This document shows, piece after piece, positions 40,062 through 53,266 of a stretch of DNA of 64,000 nucleotides. How positions within the stretch are numbered: position 1 is the stretch's first letter; each line of letters starts with the position of its first letter. Location of the stretch: contig OX442314.1 in the NCBI GenBank assembly GCA_949358305.1, forward strand, positions 15,934,001-15,998,000, read 5' to 3'. Below the pieces are notes generated by a model that was given only the letters and a program-made list of their open reading frames with translations, did not search any database and was not told the origin of the DNA. Origin of the DNA: Strigamia acuminata (lineage: Eukaryota). A program made the position numbers and the translations under genes.

Positions 40062-40540
40062 ATGTTGCGTGTTGTACTTTTCTCAACTTTCGTTCTAGCT
40101 GCATTCTGTAAGAAATGTTTAATTTAAAGTTATATAATCACTAGTGTTGTTGCCTGTCTTTATTTGTAACATTTGTATTTTTAAAGGTGCCAGTGTATGG
40201 ATCACTGAAAGATCGCCTTCACACTTTCGAGTGAACACCGCAAAACCATTAACTTGTTTAACTACTGGCTTAAAAACCCCGATTACTTACAATTGGTTCA
40301 ATATTTCAAGACCTTACAATCAAACGTTTCCAAACTCTAATCATTCTACGCTGTATTTTACCTTTCGCACGCGAATTCCAAAATATGCAAGAATAGTTTG
40401 TCAAGCCAAGGGATTCCGCGATCGTTATTTCACCAACTCTTCAGCGCTCTCATATTATGGTATAATTCTTTTAAAAAAATATACATGTCAATAGTTTTAC
40501 TTTACATAATTTTACATTTTGTGTTGCAGTGACCTTTTAA
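40062..40540 (+). CDS. Small secreted single Ig-like domain protein (3 exons)
   Basis: MLRVVLFSTFVLAAF|C ASVWITERSPSHFRVNTAKPLTCLTTGLKTPITYNW...IVCQAKG...YY|VTF*. TATA-like ctataaag near 39988. Homologous to the Ig genes at 51.7-58.2 kb. Confidence 0.75.
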
Positions 40541-41685
40541 AACTTGGACCAAATATTTTGAATTAAAAATTTCAACCTGTACTTTCCGATTCGAATAAAT
40601 TACCGCATAAAATAGCAATTCCTGCCTGGAACTGGTTTATTCCAAACACAAAAATGTGTTCTATTGAAACTCTACTTCATTAGTAATCGGATATGAAAAT
40701 ATTCGCACGTCACATAAAATTTTTCTTTACTTAGAAATCGATCAAAAATTTGATGCTCACAATTTACGGAATTTAAAGTTCAACATTTAATTTAAATTTA
40801 AATTAAAAAATTAATTTATACTCAAAATTCGTCTGCAAAATGAAAAATTTAAGTTGATTGTTTGCCATTTAATTAGCAATTTCTAATCCAATTTCTACGA
40901 TACTTAGAAAAATATAGTGTTACAGAACATTGTATAATTTGATAGCCACAAGTGGGTATTTACGAACTGCGCACCCGCATAATGCTTTTATCTAATTAAT
41001 AACAAATTCCAGCATGTTTTTAAATTTTTATATTTCAATTTAACAATTTATTAATTTGTGTAAAAAAAAATCAAATGGTTTCGTGCTGAAATAATTTGCT
41101 TTGTCCAGACTCAATATTAATAAGATAATTTTCCCGATAAACGGAACAATACTAATTTATAGTCCTGTTTTTTCAACCATATTTAATCTCGGATATAGCA
41201 AGCTGTTATTAGCGATTTATGAAGAACATAAATGTTAGATACTTCTATTTCCCCTCTCATCTGATCGAGGACAAGCTCAAGGACAACATTGCTATAAAGA
41301 GTCACCAGCGCCTCGAACTTTATGAAGCATGTGTGATTTCCCCATTTCAACAAACTCCCTTCCGAAATTAAGTAATTAGAAAATTCCAATTTTCAATAAA
41401 ATCATCAGTACGTTTAAATTAACATCAAATCCAGGTGTGTGCATATTGACACCTGTTGATATCCCGCAGGACCAGCCGGCGACATAAAGTGGGAAAACAA
41501 GTTATTAAATGGCGCCTGAAGCGTCCGATGCTCTCAAACCCAATTAAAAAAACTGCTTTTGGGACCAAATGATGCGTTGTCATGGAGATATCTCTAATCT
41601 GACGTAGCGCACAAAGAAACAAAAAAAGGCGCGTGCGCAGCTCTAATAAAACCATCACTACTTCTCCTGAAATGCGGGTTAGATT

Positions 41686-44600
41686 ATGTGGTGGCAGCTT
41701 CAGCTTTCACTCGTGATTACTTTTACATTCGATATAATTACTTGTGACATATGTTTGTGCACCGAAGATAAATTAGTATGTGACGAAACGCACCAAATAT
41801 CCTCTATTCCTCGCCTGGAGTCGGGATGGGCGAGCGAAATCTCCCAAATGTAAGTCACGTAAACTTTTATTGCCAACTATTCACTCGTATTGAAACTGAC
41901 CTTTTGCTTCTAAGTTTAATAAACGGACAGCCGCGGATAATTCGCTTAACACGGGAAGATTTAATGTCTTATGTCAATTTAACCAAACTGTAAGAAGAAG
42001 AAAAAATATATAAAATTAATTAAACTTAAAAAATATAATATTTGTCGATAACATTAGGCAAATCGAGAGAAGTGGACTCAGATATATTTCCATAAATGCA
42101 TTCATGTTTAATCGAAACTTAAAACAAATGTGAGTATAATTCACCTAAAGTAAATAATCCTTTGTTTATTTTACAAAAAAATTAAAAAAAATTAAAAAAA
42201 TCAATATTTTCTCAAGTTACCTCAGACGGAATAATATCAATTGGTTGTCATGGAAAATTTTCCACAATTTCCCAATAAGTGAACTGTGAGTTAACTAGAT
42301 ATTAAAAAGATTTCTTTCTCATTCCCGTTTAATATAAGGTTACTTCAAGACAATCCGCTGACCTGTAACTGCAGTGTCCTGTGGTTACAAACACTTCCTC
42401 ACGATATTACGTGTGTAGATGGGCCTTTTACGTCCCCACGCTCAATAAGAGCCTTGAGAATTACTGGATGTGGTAGGATAAAAAATGTCGTTAATAAACG
42501 TTTGGACTCAATTTCATCCACCTTTTAAAAAATAAAATAAATTACTGTAAACCAATTTAGAACTTCCTCGGCTATCCATTGAGCCATCTAATGCTGTTAT
42601 CGAACGAGGAGTTGATGTGAACTTCACTTGTTCGTCTGAAAATCAATTTTTAACTCACCTCGAATGGAATAAAACTTATCTTGGAGTGAACGAAACTCAC
42701 ACGAGAATGAATTCTTCAATACTGCTCACGATCCACAAAACCGCATCCCCGGGACAAGCACTTGTTCAATGTTCTGCCGAGAATGAAATAGGACAATCAA
42801 AAGTTCAAGCAGTTCTGGAAGTTACAGGTAATAGCCAACAAAAGGTTTAAAAAATGCTAATTTCTTACCCGAAGGCAAAGAAAATTCCATTTGCGAAAGT
42901 TATGATAATCAGATTATTATTTTTATTTTTGGTAAAATTACTGGTTAATTTTGGACGGATTAAAATAAATAAATTTTTTTATTTTGGCATAGTCGAAGTA
43001 AATGCTATATCAGAATCTAGCACCGATATTCAATTCATTACTGGAATTGATTCGCACATGAATTTTAGATTTTTTTTTGGACACAAACGTGACGCATATA
43101 AATTTCCTCATCATAGACTATTGATCTGCACATCCAAATTCTGGAGATGTACTTGACTTTTGTATAAATAAATTTGACAATATATTTTCGTTGAGGTGTT
43201 GGTATCGCCATTGTGTGAGTAAATAAAATTATAGTGTTAATGAAAATCAGATTCCCCAATATTAATCACACACACGATAAAGTCAAGTAAAATCCTTAAT
43301 TTTGAAAATTCGAACACCAAATTAAAGACTAAACAAGTTTTTAAATTATATTAATACTTTGTACTTTCAGCACGTCCGGAAATAGTTAAAACTAGCTTTT
43401 AAATGATATTATATTAATACTTTGTACTTGCAGCACGTCCGGAAATAGTGCGCCTTTACTCGCACCTCAGTTTTTACTGGTCAATTTGTTATTCAATTAC
43501 TGGATATCCTAATCCAAATATAACTTGGAAACTGAATGACACCAACCTGGATGCTTCTGAACATAATATTATTAACGTAGTGGATGCGTCAACTGCAGGT
43601 TCTCTTAATGGGTGTCTCCAATTGCCTCGTGCGACTTTGGATCTTCATGGCGTATACACATTGACTGCTTCAAATGACATCTCTAACACGACGCGAAGTA
43701 TTCTTTTTAATCCAGGTGCCACTTCAATATATAATTAAATCTAGATCCTAGAATAAAAATAAATTGACTTTTAACATTTTTATCTAGGATTAGCACCAGT
43801 GTCAAAGTCAAAACCTGCTCGTTTTCGTCCAAATCCGGATGGAAAATTCTCCCTGTTTTCTTTGATCCTGTACGTGATCGGTGTGGCAGTTTTAATCCTA
43901 ATTTTAATTATTGGTTTATTGGCGTTTATGCGTCATCGGCGGCATCACAAACGACGACTTAATATGTTACAATTTTCTCATTTATTGGATAATCCAACCT
44001 ACACAAGACAATCAGGTTAGTTTCATGAATTCATCCTTTTTGTATTCAAGTAAATTCTATTTCCCTTTTATATCAACTTACCGAAAACTTAAATCAATTG
44101 AAAAGTAATAAAAATAAAAGCCTTTAAAAACAGATTGAGAAAACAAATGTAATGCAATCCAGTTGCATTTCCGTTGTTTAAAGGTCAGAAGTTAAACCCT
44201 CTTTAAAATCACAAAAGCCATTAAATAAATGACGAACGGATTTAAAATCACTCAGCGTATGTTGTTTCAGTCGGATAAAAGAGTCGTGTGACATTTATTA
44301 GGAAATTAATTTTTTTTGGCTATGATTTAATGGCCCCCCAGAAATATTGGTCCCCCCCCCCCCCCCGAAAAAAACTATTTTTCCCAAATAAAACTAAACC
44401 GAAAATACTCCTTCACCCCCCAAAAACACTTCTTTTGCCCCATGAAAAAACTGAATTTTCACCCGAAAAAAAAAAAAACAGAAAAAAACTCATTTACCCC
44501 CCAAAACAAACATCAGAAGTATAAATTATTGGACCATAAGTGCCTTTTTAGCCTTAGACGGCCTGAAACGTGGGACATGGGACATGTACACGTCCATTCA

Positions 44601-47600
44601 TCCCATTTGTTACTTTCTATGGTAACAAGCCATAAACAATTTTTCGATTGAACATAGGTATCGAAGTGGCGCCAGTTTTTAAGATGAACCTGTCGTATAT
44701 ACTTGTCAATGTCACTGTCTCATAGTGTCCTTTTTAGAGTAGGAACCACGAAGTAACGCTTAGTGTCTTCTTCTATCCAGATTTTAATTTCTGACATTGA
44801 TCGTTTCCAGTTATAAAGCCTCCGCAATCTGTTGCAGCGAAAGAGAAAGATTGCAGGCAAACAGTTTTGCGTTGACACATTCTGGTTTTCGTTCGATGGA
44901 CCAAGTTTGAACCATTTGTTTTAATTTAATTTAATTTACCCCCATTTTTTTTATCGAGATACGGTAATGTTATATTGTCTTGATGAATCTTATTTTGGGG
45001 TTGTAACTAAAGAGAAAACAAAAGTTGAAAGATATAAATAGAGTACCGCGATAGGATTGTATTACTTATTTTAGAAATCGATTTCAGTCGGCAATTGAAA
45101 TATTTGTTCTTGTGTCCAGTTTTTATTTACACAACTGTTTGTAGGAAAAAACATTTCTCAACACAATCAAAAATGTATTCAACATTTTTTTTTTTAAATA
45201 CACCAAATTTTTATTCTATACGTTTTTTTTTACACGGTTTCTTCTGGAACAAAAAATTCACTGTAAGCTCATCTTACCACTTTTAACGATGTCTTTAACT
45301 TCGAGTAATGCCATATTAATTATTTCCTTTCAAATTAATAACGCCATATCATGAGTTCATTTTGGTTTAGTGTTTCAAAAGTCGGAAAGTAAATTGAATG
45401 CAAGATTAAAATTGAGACGTGGGTTCAATTTCCGTCTAGAAAGCTTAAAACTTAAGAAATAATTGCGTCTTTCTATAGAAGTTTACGTTGGTTCTTTTAA
45501 GTAATTTGTATGAATTGTACTGCTGTGTATGAAATTCACATTCGTTCAACAATTACATTAGATGCGTTCAAATTGGTTAAGATAAATATCTGTTTTAAAT
45601 TGATACTTCGTGTTAACTTCAGGATGTGACGTTATTTATTTAACTTAACTTTAAGCAAGAGGTCGTGCAACATATCTTTCAGCTTGATTTGCTGTACGTT
45701 AGAAATTCGATACAAAAAATTTCATTGAAGAGCATTCAATAATGTCATTTATTTGACACATTTTAATTAATTTCATTGAAGAGAATTCAATAATGTCATT
45801 TATTTGACATTTTAATTAATTTAAGCAACTTTAAATTTTGCTCAACTAATTCGAACGCAAGTATTGTTACTTCTTTCATCTTTCTTGCTCATTTTATTAC
45901 GTTTATATTGCATTCTAGGTTAAAATAAGTCATGAAGCAAAGCTTAAAGCTGTACGCTTTTTACAATACAAATACGAAAGAAAAAATGTTTAAAGAGTAT
46001 AACATACGGAGTATTAATAAAGGAAAATATTTTCTTAATTATCTTTTAAAAAAATTGTAACCAAGTTGTTTTCAAACCGAGTTTAATTTAATAACAAATT
46101 TCAAGACCTTTGAGAAATAAATAACAGCATTTCAGGTGATTCATAAGTTTGAATACTGTAGCCATATAACTTAACAACAAATTAATGTACCCTAATGCAC
46201 TTGACCAGCATCAATTTATTGTGCTGAATTCCACGAAACTAAATTGCTTATTTTCCTGTCGTATTTATGACAAATGAGCTATTGCTCTTAAAAAAAATTT
46301 CAAACAAATTAAAACTTGAGTAAATAAATTTTAATTTATGAATAACAAGACGAGAGTTTATCATACAATAAGTTAAAAAATACCGGTCACCTCACTGGTC
46401 AAGCGCATGCCTCTAAAATCTTTTATAACGACCAAACAGGCCGTACAGAAATTTTGTTTAATTATTTTATTTTTGGACTAAATGTATGTAAACTAACGTG
46501 TGTGTATTATGTTTGTGGGGGCGCAAACCTGCCGCGTTTTAACTCCTTACGAACTCCACACAAAAAAAAACACAAATAAGAATACTGTAGCATATATCAT
46601 GCGAATCTTACAGATTGCCAGTTCGCAATTGATGCAATAAAATCACCAAATTTTTCTTACCTTTGTTACTGTAGCAACAAAACGAGGTTAATTTGTATTG
46701 TTTGTTTCTTATTATTCCTTTTGCCACATATTGATTCTTAGTCTGTTCAATCAAATCGTATTGTGAAAACCCCCAATCAAACCACATTCACTGAATTTAC
46801 AATATAACATATATTTATGTCTAGGCTTAACAATAGAAAAAATGGTGAATGCAAGAAATAATTAAAAACAATTTACCTAATTCTTCACTATTGCAAACGA
46901 GTGATCATCATCATCCAAGAGGACGCGTTTGGTGCGACATGTTGTTTTCCTGATCAGAAGTGCTAAGCCACTTTAATTGCACTTCTGCAAGATGCGTAAA
47001 TCCTCGCTCAAACCACCTAATAAGAGAATCAAGTTCATTTGATGGTTTTTGACAAAATAATCTGTAAATCCGTCCACTGACAAACTAATCCCTAAACTTT
47101 TTTAATCACTTTATCCTCTACTTATATTAAAAACGAACAAAACAAATAAAAATAAAAACCTAATAAACAAAAATACCTATCTCTATTTGCAGAAATTGTT
47201 CTACCGTCTTTCTCGCCTTCCGAAATCCGTTTCCTCCGTCCACTAGGTGAAGGTGCCTTTGGACGAGTATTCCTAGGAGTAGTTGAAGGCTTAGTATCTG
47301 GAGAATCAAGCACCCGAGTTGCCATTAAGACTCTCAAAGAAGAATTCCAAGCAAAAGAACTCATTCAAGAAGCAAAATTGTTAACGACACTCAAACATCA
47401 ACACATAGTTTGCTTCTATGGACTGGTGCAAATGGAAGAAAAGCTTTTAATGCTATTTGAGTTCATGGATCAAGGAGATCTAAACAGTTACCTTAGAAAT
47501 CACGGCCCGAATAATCCTGGAAACGATACCGAACTCTCATTAAAACAGCTCACCGATTTGGCTCGGCAAATTGCATCGGGTGGACAATATTTGGCTTCTC

Positions 47601-48112
47601 AGCATTTTATTCATCGTGATTTGGCCACGCGCAATTGCCTAGTAAACAAACGACTTACAGTTAAAATTGGAGATTTTGGCATGAGTCGAGACGTCTACAC
47701 ATCAGACTATTACAAAGTAGTTTACTCACCCTTGCATTTAATTTAACTGCTATTTTTGATGGTTTTTCTTTATTTTGTATAGGTGGGTGGACAAACTTTA
47801 CTTCCAGTTCGTTGGATGCCACCAGAGGCGCTTTTGTATCGACGTTTTTCAATCCAGTCGGATATTTGGAGTTTTGGGGTGGTATTGTGGGAGATATTTA
47901 CATACGGGCAACAACCTTGGTATTGCTACACAAATCACGAAGCAGTTCAACAAATTATAAATGGACGGTTGTTATCTTCGCCCAGAAATACATCGGACGA
48001 ACTATATAAAATAATGTTGGGTTGTTGGCATCAACAACCCAACGAGAGAATATCAATGAAAGAAATACAACGCAGGTTGAATCGTTTCATGGAAGTTCTC
48101 GAAATAACGTGA
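41686..48112 (+). CDS. Trk: Trk-family neurotrophin receptor tyrosine kinase (LRR-Ig-Ig-TM-kinase)
   Basis: Signal peptide and Cys cap; LRR exons ([22 protein letters not shown]); [13 protein letters not shown]; two Ig exons; TM; NPTY; kinase [63 protein letters not shown]. Confidence 0.93.
45718..45822. repeat. ~52-bp tandem duplication in the large Trk intron
   Basis: aatttcattgaagag.attcaataatgtcattttatttgaca(ca)ttttaatt occurs twice. Confidence 0.85.
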
Positions 48113-49243
48113 CAGATTTTGTTGGGCTATAATTTTATTTAGATTTCAATTCACAAATCTAAAAAAATAAATGTGCTTTTCAAGGATGGGTTTGTTTTCG
48201 TCGCAAGCACCAAAATTCAATCTTGAGTAATTAATGCATTCTCAAGTGCTAAAAAAAATTGTTTGGAATTTGAGAACGATTTAAAATGGATGATTTGAGA
48301 AGTTCACGTGACACCAACAAGAAAAACAGAAATTAATAACTTTGTTTTTCTTTCATCGGCTGCCAAAGAAATCTGCAACGTGTTGACAACATCGATGTAG
48401 TTTGATACTTCTTAATAAAATCTACGAGATTTCATTCTCTCAACCTGAAATTCAAAAATTCAAAATGAAAAAATATAACTTTAAATGTAAACGTATTAAA
48501 GAACAATGCCGTCAATAGCTTTATTAAAAACGTATATTTCGAATGCGTGTCACTTTGATTTGAATGACAAATGTAAACAAAAAATGAGTATTGTACTACC
48601 ACTCAAATCAATCTGAGGCAATAGCTGAGAGTTTAGCCTTCAATGTGAATGAAGCTAAATTATTGTGCAATCAGAAACTGAACACTCAATAAAGCAAAGT
48701 TTAACTGAAATGAACAAGGAATAAACAAGAAATAAGCTAAATGTTTTCTTTGTTTTGTTAAGAAATAAAGCTCGTACCGGTGCATATTTTAAATTCAACA
48801 TCGTAAGCATAGTCTATTCACTTGTGTGTTAAGCAATACAGACCAGGTTAGGAGCTTGCATGATGATTGCTAAGTTTACATGGACACAGTTTTTTTAGAT
48901 AAGTGAAAAAAATTAAATTTTATTCATCTGGAAAACCGTGCGTGTACATAATCTCGAATCGAACGGAATGTGCACATTAATTACCCATAATGCATTTCGA
49001 TTATCAGACGCAACAAAATGGTTGTCGATCTATTTCAACCGTCAAACAAACCAAATTGAGCTGAAAATTGAGCTGATAATTGAAAATTTTCGCTTTTCTG
49101 GAAAACTGTGACCATGTAAACTTGTTAAATGACATCAGTTTTTGTTTCAGTTTACCGCTCACTTTGACACTAGCATTAACAATGTCCATTGCCGAAAACC
49201 GTTTGCCCAGATGCCTATGATTAGAATGCGAAATCACTTACGA

Positions 49244-49851
49244 TTAAATGTTGGTGTTTCGGTAGATAACATCTGATCCTTGCACTTGGACAGAAGAATA
49301 CGCCCACCTTCTATTATTTCTGCACTCATGACCACATTTTGGCGACTGACATTTCATGCACGGAAAATGACAACCGACACAGTCTTTCTCAAGGCAGTCA
49401 CAGTAGTCTAATTTCACTGAAGAAACCTCTCTTTTCTCGTAAATATCATCCAAACAAAAATGTTTGCTGGCACTTTAAAAGATAATCAAATATATATTTA
49501 TAATTAAAGATAATAAAAAATACAAGAAAACCAATCTGATTTTTTTACCTTTCTTTATACGATTGCAATCTCTTCAATTTCCTTGCTTTCCGGTTGCTCA
49601 TTTCTGGGGTCCAATCGTCATTAAATCGGCAAGTATCACCAAGATCGAGTCTTTGCAGTTCTCGGGCTGTAGGCTTTTTAAAAAATAAAAGGAATTGATG
49701 AATTGCTTTATCGAAATCACAAAAACGGCAGTTATAAACAACACGTTATTTTTTTTAAAAAAAATTCTCATCATCACGACCAACTTTCATAAAAATCGCT
49801 TTATTGGCAAAATCAGTCTGAAGTTTGTGCTTCTTACTTTGTCTTTTCCAT
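49244..49851 (-). CDS. ARL14EP: ARL14 effector protein-like (ARF7EP_C Cys-rich domain); 5' end uncertain
   Basis: Last exon CDCLEKDCVGCHFPCMKCQSPKCGHECRNNRRWAY. Preceding exon PTARELQRLDLG..DDWTPEMSNRKARKL. Candidate first exon MEKTK|gtaag. Confidence 0.8.
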
Positions 49852-49890
49852 CTAGCGCACGCGTTACAATCGTACCATATTCTGACTCAT

Positions 49891-50215
49891 GAATGTCTTT
49901 ATCTGTAGTGTCACTACGCCTCTGCTCTGCCATTTCTTCAATATGCAGTAATAAAAACACAATAACCCTAAAGCTCTTTGTTTCAATTTTGAGAAAGCAC
50001 CAGGAATGAGTAATGCTTCAGGAGCTTGCACATCACCAAACAGGAGTAAACGACCTTTGAATTTTAAAATTAATGTCCGTTTAATTGTTTCGATTAGTTT
50101 CAATTTTTATATCAGTTAAGGCGCATGGTATGCAGAGAGGCTTGCCCATCCTGCGTTAGCAACTGTGTTATTAGAAGCATTAATCATTCCAGGTGTTATG
50201 GCCGTGTTCACATCA
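49891..50215. repeat. Unclassified dispersed repeat with internal inverted repeat, copy 1
   Basis: Homologous to 56249-56590; contains caccaggaatgagtaatgct and its imperfect inverse. Confidence 0.65.
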
Positions 50216-50986
50216 GGACCTCGGTTTGGACATACTTATTGCTTATTGGTTGCTGTCAAGCATTAGGTAATCACATTGAAAAACTAGGTTAATAAGAGAC
50301 AAAAGATTTGAACATCAGGCAATTGGGCTGTGATTTCAACTTGCTGGCTCGAAGGATACACGATTGTTACTGTAGCAGAGATGGATGGTCTTTTATCAAC
50401 AATAAGTTAGTATGTTTTCATTTTCATAGGCATTTCTAATTAAAATGCAAAATATTATAAATCGGGTACTAATTAAGGAAGAGGTTTTACATGCGCAACA
50501 AGATCAATTCATTGAAACAAGCAAAACAATGCGATTTCAATCGGAAAACAATTTTTCAGTCATCTGCACCTGTTATGTAATTGTTTGGGTTTCAGTTTCA
50601 TCCTGATCTACGGGTATTGGTAGGTATAGTGCCATTTTAGTGGGGTGAAACTGACACACGTCAGTTTTAATTATTTTTTTTTTTACGTCAGGCCGTCACA
50701 TCAGATATTTTTACTGGATCAGTTATCCCACAATGTGGTTATCTCGTACAAATGTAAAGCAGCGGTAGGCGCCATCTGTTGTCGCAAAGGAAAACCTTTT
50801 GCGGACAAATGGTAGCTGCAGCTACTATGAGGGGCTCTGGCGGTGAATGACGTGACCACGAAGGTAAACAGCGTAAAATTATTACAATATGATTGTAAAT
50901 CTGCATTTTAATAATTTTAAAATTATATTTCTGCGTAATTTTAAATTATTGAATAAGGAACGAATTTTTCAACATTAAACACTTAC

Positions 50987-51238
50987 CACTGTATAAGAAA
51001 TAGGATCTTGCCAAAGATTACTTGGTTCAGAAAAATGTTTCGAACATATCATTGTGTGTCGTGTAACTTTATCCAAGGTAAATTCAATACGGCCACAAGC
51101 ATTTACCCATCGTTGGCATTTTTCTTTTTGTTTTTTCTTACTTGGGAAATGGAGAAAGTATACACCTTTCATGTGTTGCTGATCCTGATATCTCGAATCA
51201 CTGTTACAATTTTTGTATGCGCAATGATAAACAACCAT
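50987..51238 (-). CDS. THAP (C2CH) DNA-binding domain exon, probably transposon-derived
   Basis: MVVYHCAYKNC...FP...W...ICSKHF...DPI, ending at a phase-0 GTAAGT donor. Flanked by the inverted 16-mer TTTTGCGGACAAATGG (~50797) / CCATTTGTCCGCAAAA (~51346). Confidence 0.8.
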
Positions 51239-51711
51239 TCTTAAATAATTAAACTCATCAGAAAGGTGAGGCCGCACAATATAATATTGGCACAACAAGT
51301 CAAGAAACCGGAAGCGGAGATGTCAGTTGTCGCGTTGAAGATCCGCCATTTGTCCGCAAAATAACGTCGTTTTCTATTATTTCGGCCATAGGTGGCGCCA
51401 CAATCACAGGACAGACTCTCCCTCGGAATCGCCTCTACTTTTCATTTACTGTTTCGGAGCTCCAAAATCCAAATGCATTATCGATCATGAAATTTGTAAA
51501 ATCTGGTTACAATTCTCGCCAATCTCGCTACAACCATAAATTACACGTAAGCAAAAGTCAAAACGACTTGTGAATTATAATACAGCATTACTTTATTTTT
51601 ATTTAATTTATTCTGAGTCTGATTCCAACAAGCAATTAAGTAGATTACACTTCTCTTACAAGTTAGATTTTTTCTTAGTATATAAAATGTAGTTAGCGTA
51701 GCAGTTTTGTT

Positions 51712-53266
51712 TTAAATTATCTTCTGGGAGCCGCTGAAGATCAATGCAAACACAATCATAACTGCTACGAAGAAAGTGTTGATTTTATGAGTCATCTGCC
51801 CATTTACTACAAGAAAAATAATTTTGAAAAATATATCAAGTAATTTAGCAACCTATATCTTTAGATGAAATTAATTACTAAGAAGCTTTGAGTTTAACTC
51901 ACCGTCGAACGACGTAAGTGGAGAAGAGGTATAGGTGGCGTCAGAATCCTGTGCTAGGCATTGAATACTTCCATTTTTAACCCGGTGTGGAAACGTAAAT
52001 GTATGCCTTGGAGTAGTAGAAATATAGGTTGCAGTTCTGTTAATAGTACCACTGGTCCAGGTATTAAGCCATTTATAAAGAATCGGGTTCTTAAATCCTA
52101 TCGTTTTGCAGGTTAAGTTTTTCGGATGATTTACTTCGAAAGTTAATAAAGGCCAAGGGGGATCGATCCACACTTCTTTGCCAAGGGGTACATCTAGAAT
52201 AAAATATCTGTATTTGTAGGATGAAGAGGATTTGATTTTTTTTTAGACGTTGTATGAGATGATTCAGAGATGAACCAGTTTTTTCTTTCATACCTTCAGT
52301 AACTAAAATAGAAAAAAAATGAAAGTTAAGTTTAATGAAGACAAAAAATTTTGAGAATATATCAATTCAGTAATATAACAACTTATATGTCTTTATCTAA
52401 AATTAATGACAAGAAGTTTTGAGTTCCACTCACCTTTGTACAAAACATATTTCGAAGAGGTGTAAAAGCTGTCACCAGAACCCCGCGCTTGACAACGAAT
52501 AGCACCGTTTGGCATCCAGTGTGGAAATGTGAATGTAACAATTGGATCAGTAAAATTACCCAATACGGCCCCATCGGTGACATTAATCCATTGATAATAA
52601 ATAGGATCAGAAAATCCATGGGCTATGCACTTTACTAATTCCGATCGATTTACTCTGAAATTTATACCGGTAGGAGATGGGTTGGTCATATATACTTGCT
52701 TCTCACTGACAGGTACATCTAAAATATAACGAGTACGAATTTAAACATCAAGACGGTGACAATTTCATTTTCTTTTGATTTTTTCCCTTCATACCTGCAT
52801 TAGCTAAAATAGAAGAAAATAGAAATCGATTTTATGGCGAACTTCGAAATTTATAAAATTTTAAAGAGTTTACCAGAAAAGGGAACCTTAGTGGAGTTAT
52901 AAAAACGATCGTCATTTAGACCTTTAGCTTGGCATATGATGTAACCAGTTAGTGGTACATTTGATGAAATTTCTACGTGTGAGCTGTTTGAATTTAGTGC
53001 GTAATAAGAACCAGATTTAATCATCGTCCATTGGAACGTAATCGGTGGTTGGGCATTTAGTACAATACACGTCACGTTTCTTGGTACATTTATTTCAAAT
53101 TGTATAGGGGGAGTATCCGCAATGAAGAGAGTTATGCCTGAATATGTTAAAAACATAAATTTCATGTAAATGAAACAGCGAACAAAAGCGTCAAATGACT
53201 CAAATACAATATTTACTCACCAAAACAAACATTAAAGAGGCTGGAAATTAATATTAGATAGAACAT
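51712..53266 (-). CDS. Ig-cassette gene A: signal, three Ig-like domains, two 9-nt micro-exons, GPI-like tail
   Basis: Signal exon MFYLILISSLFNVCF; Ig exons near 52874-53137, 52433-52718 and 51903-52194; tail VNGQMTHKINTFFVAVMIVFALIFSGSQKII*. Confidence 0.8.

Noticed and set aside
44288..44651. Pro/Lys-rich ORFs in the Trk intron
   Set aside because: Produced by C and A homopolymer runs; low complexity.
44017..47192. Hidden exons or ncRNA in the 3.2-kb Trk intron
   Set aside because: The flanking exons join in frame (phase 1) and I found no convincing exon, tRNA or snoRNA signature by eye. An alternative terminal exon cannot be excluded without RNA data.
49864..50103. 79-aa ORF as a transposase fragment linked to the THAP exon
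   Set aside because: No DDE-like motifs; stops lie just upstream in frame, and the frame is broken in the second copy of the repeat at 56.3 kb.
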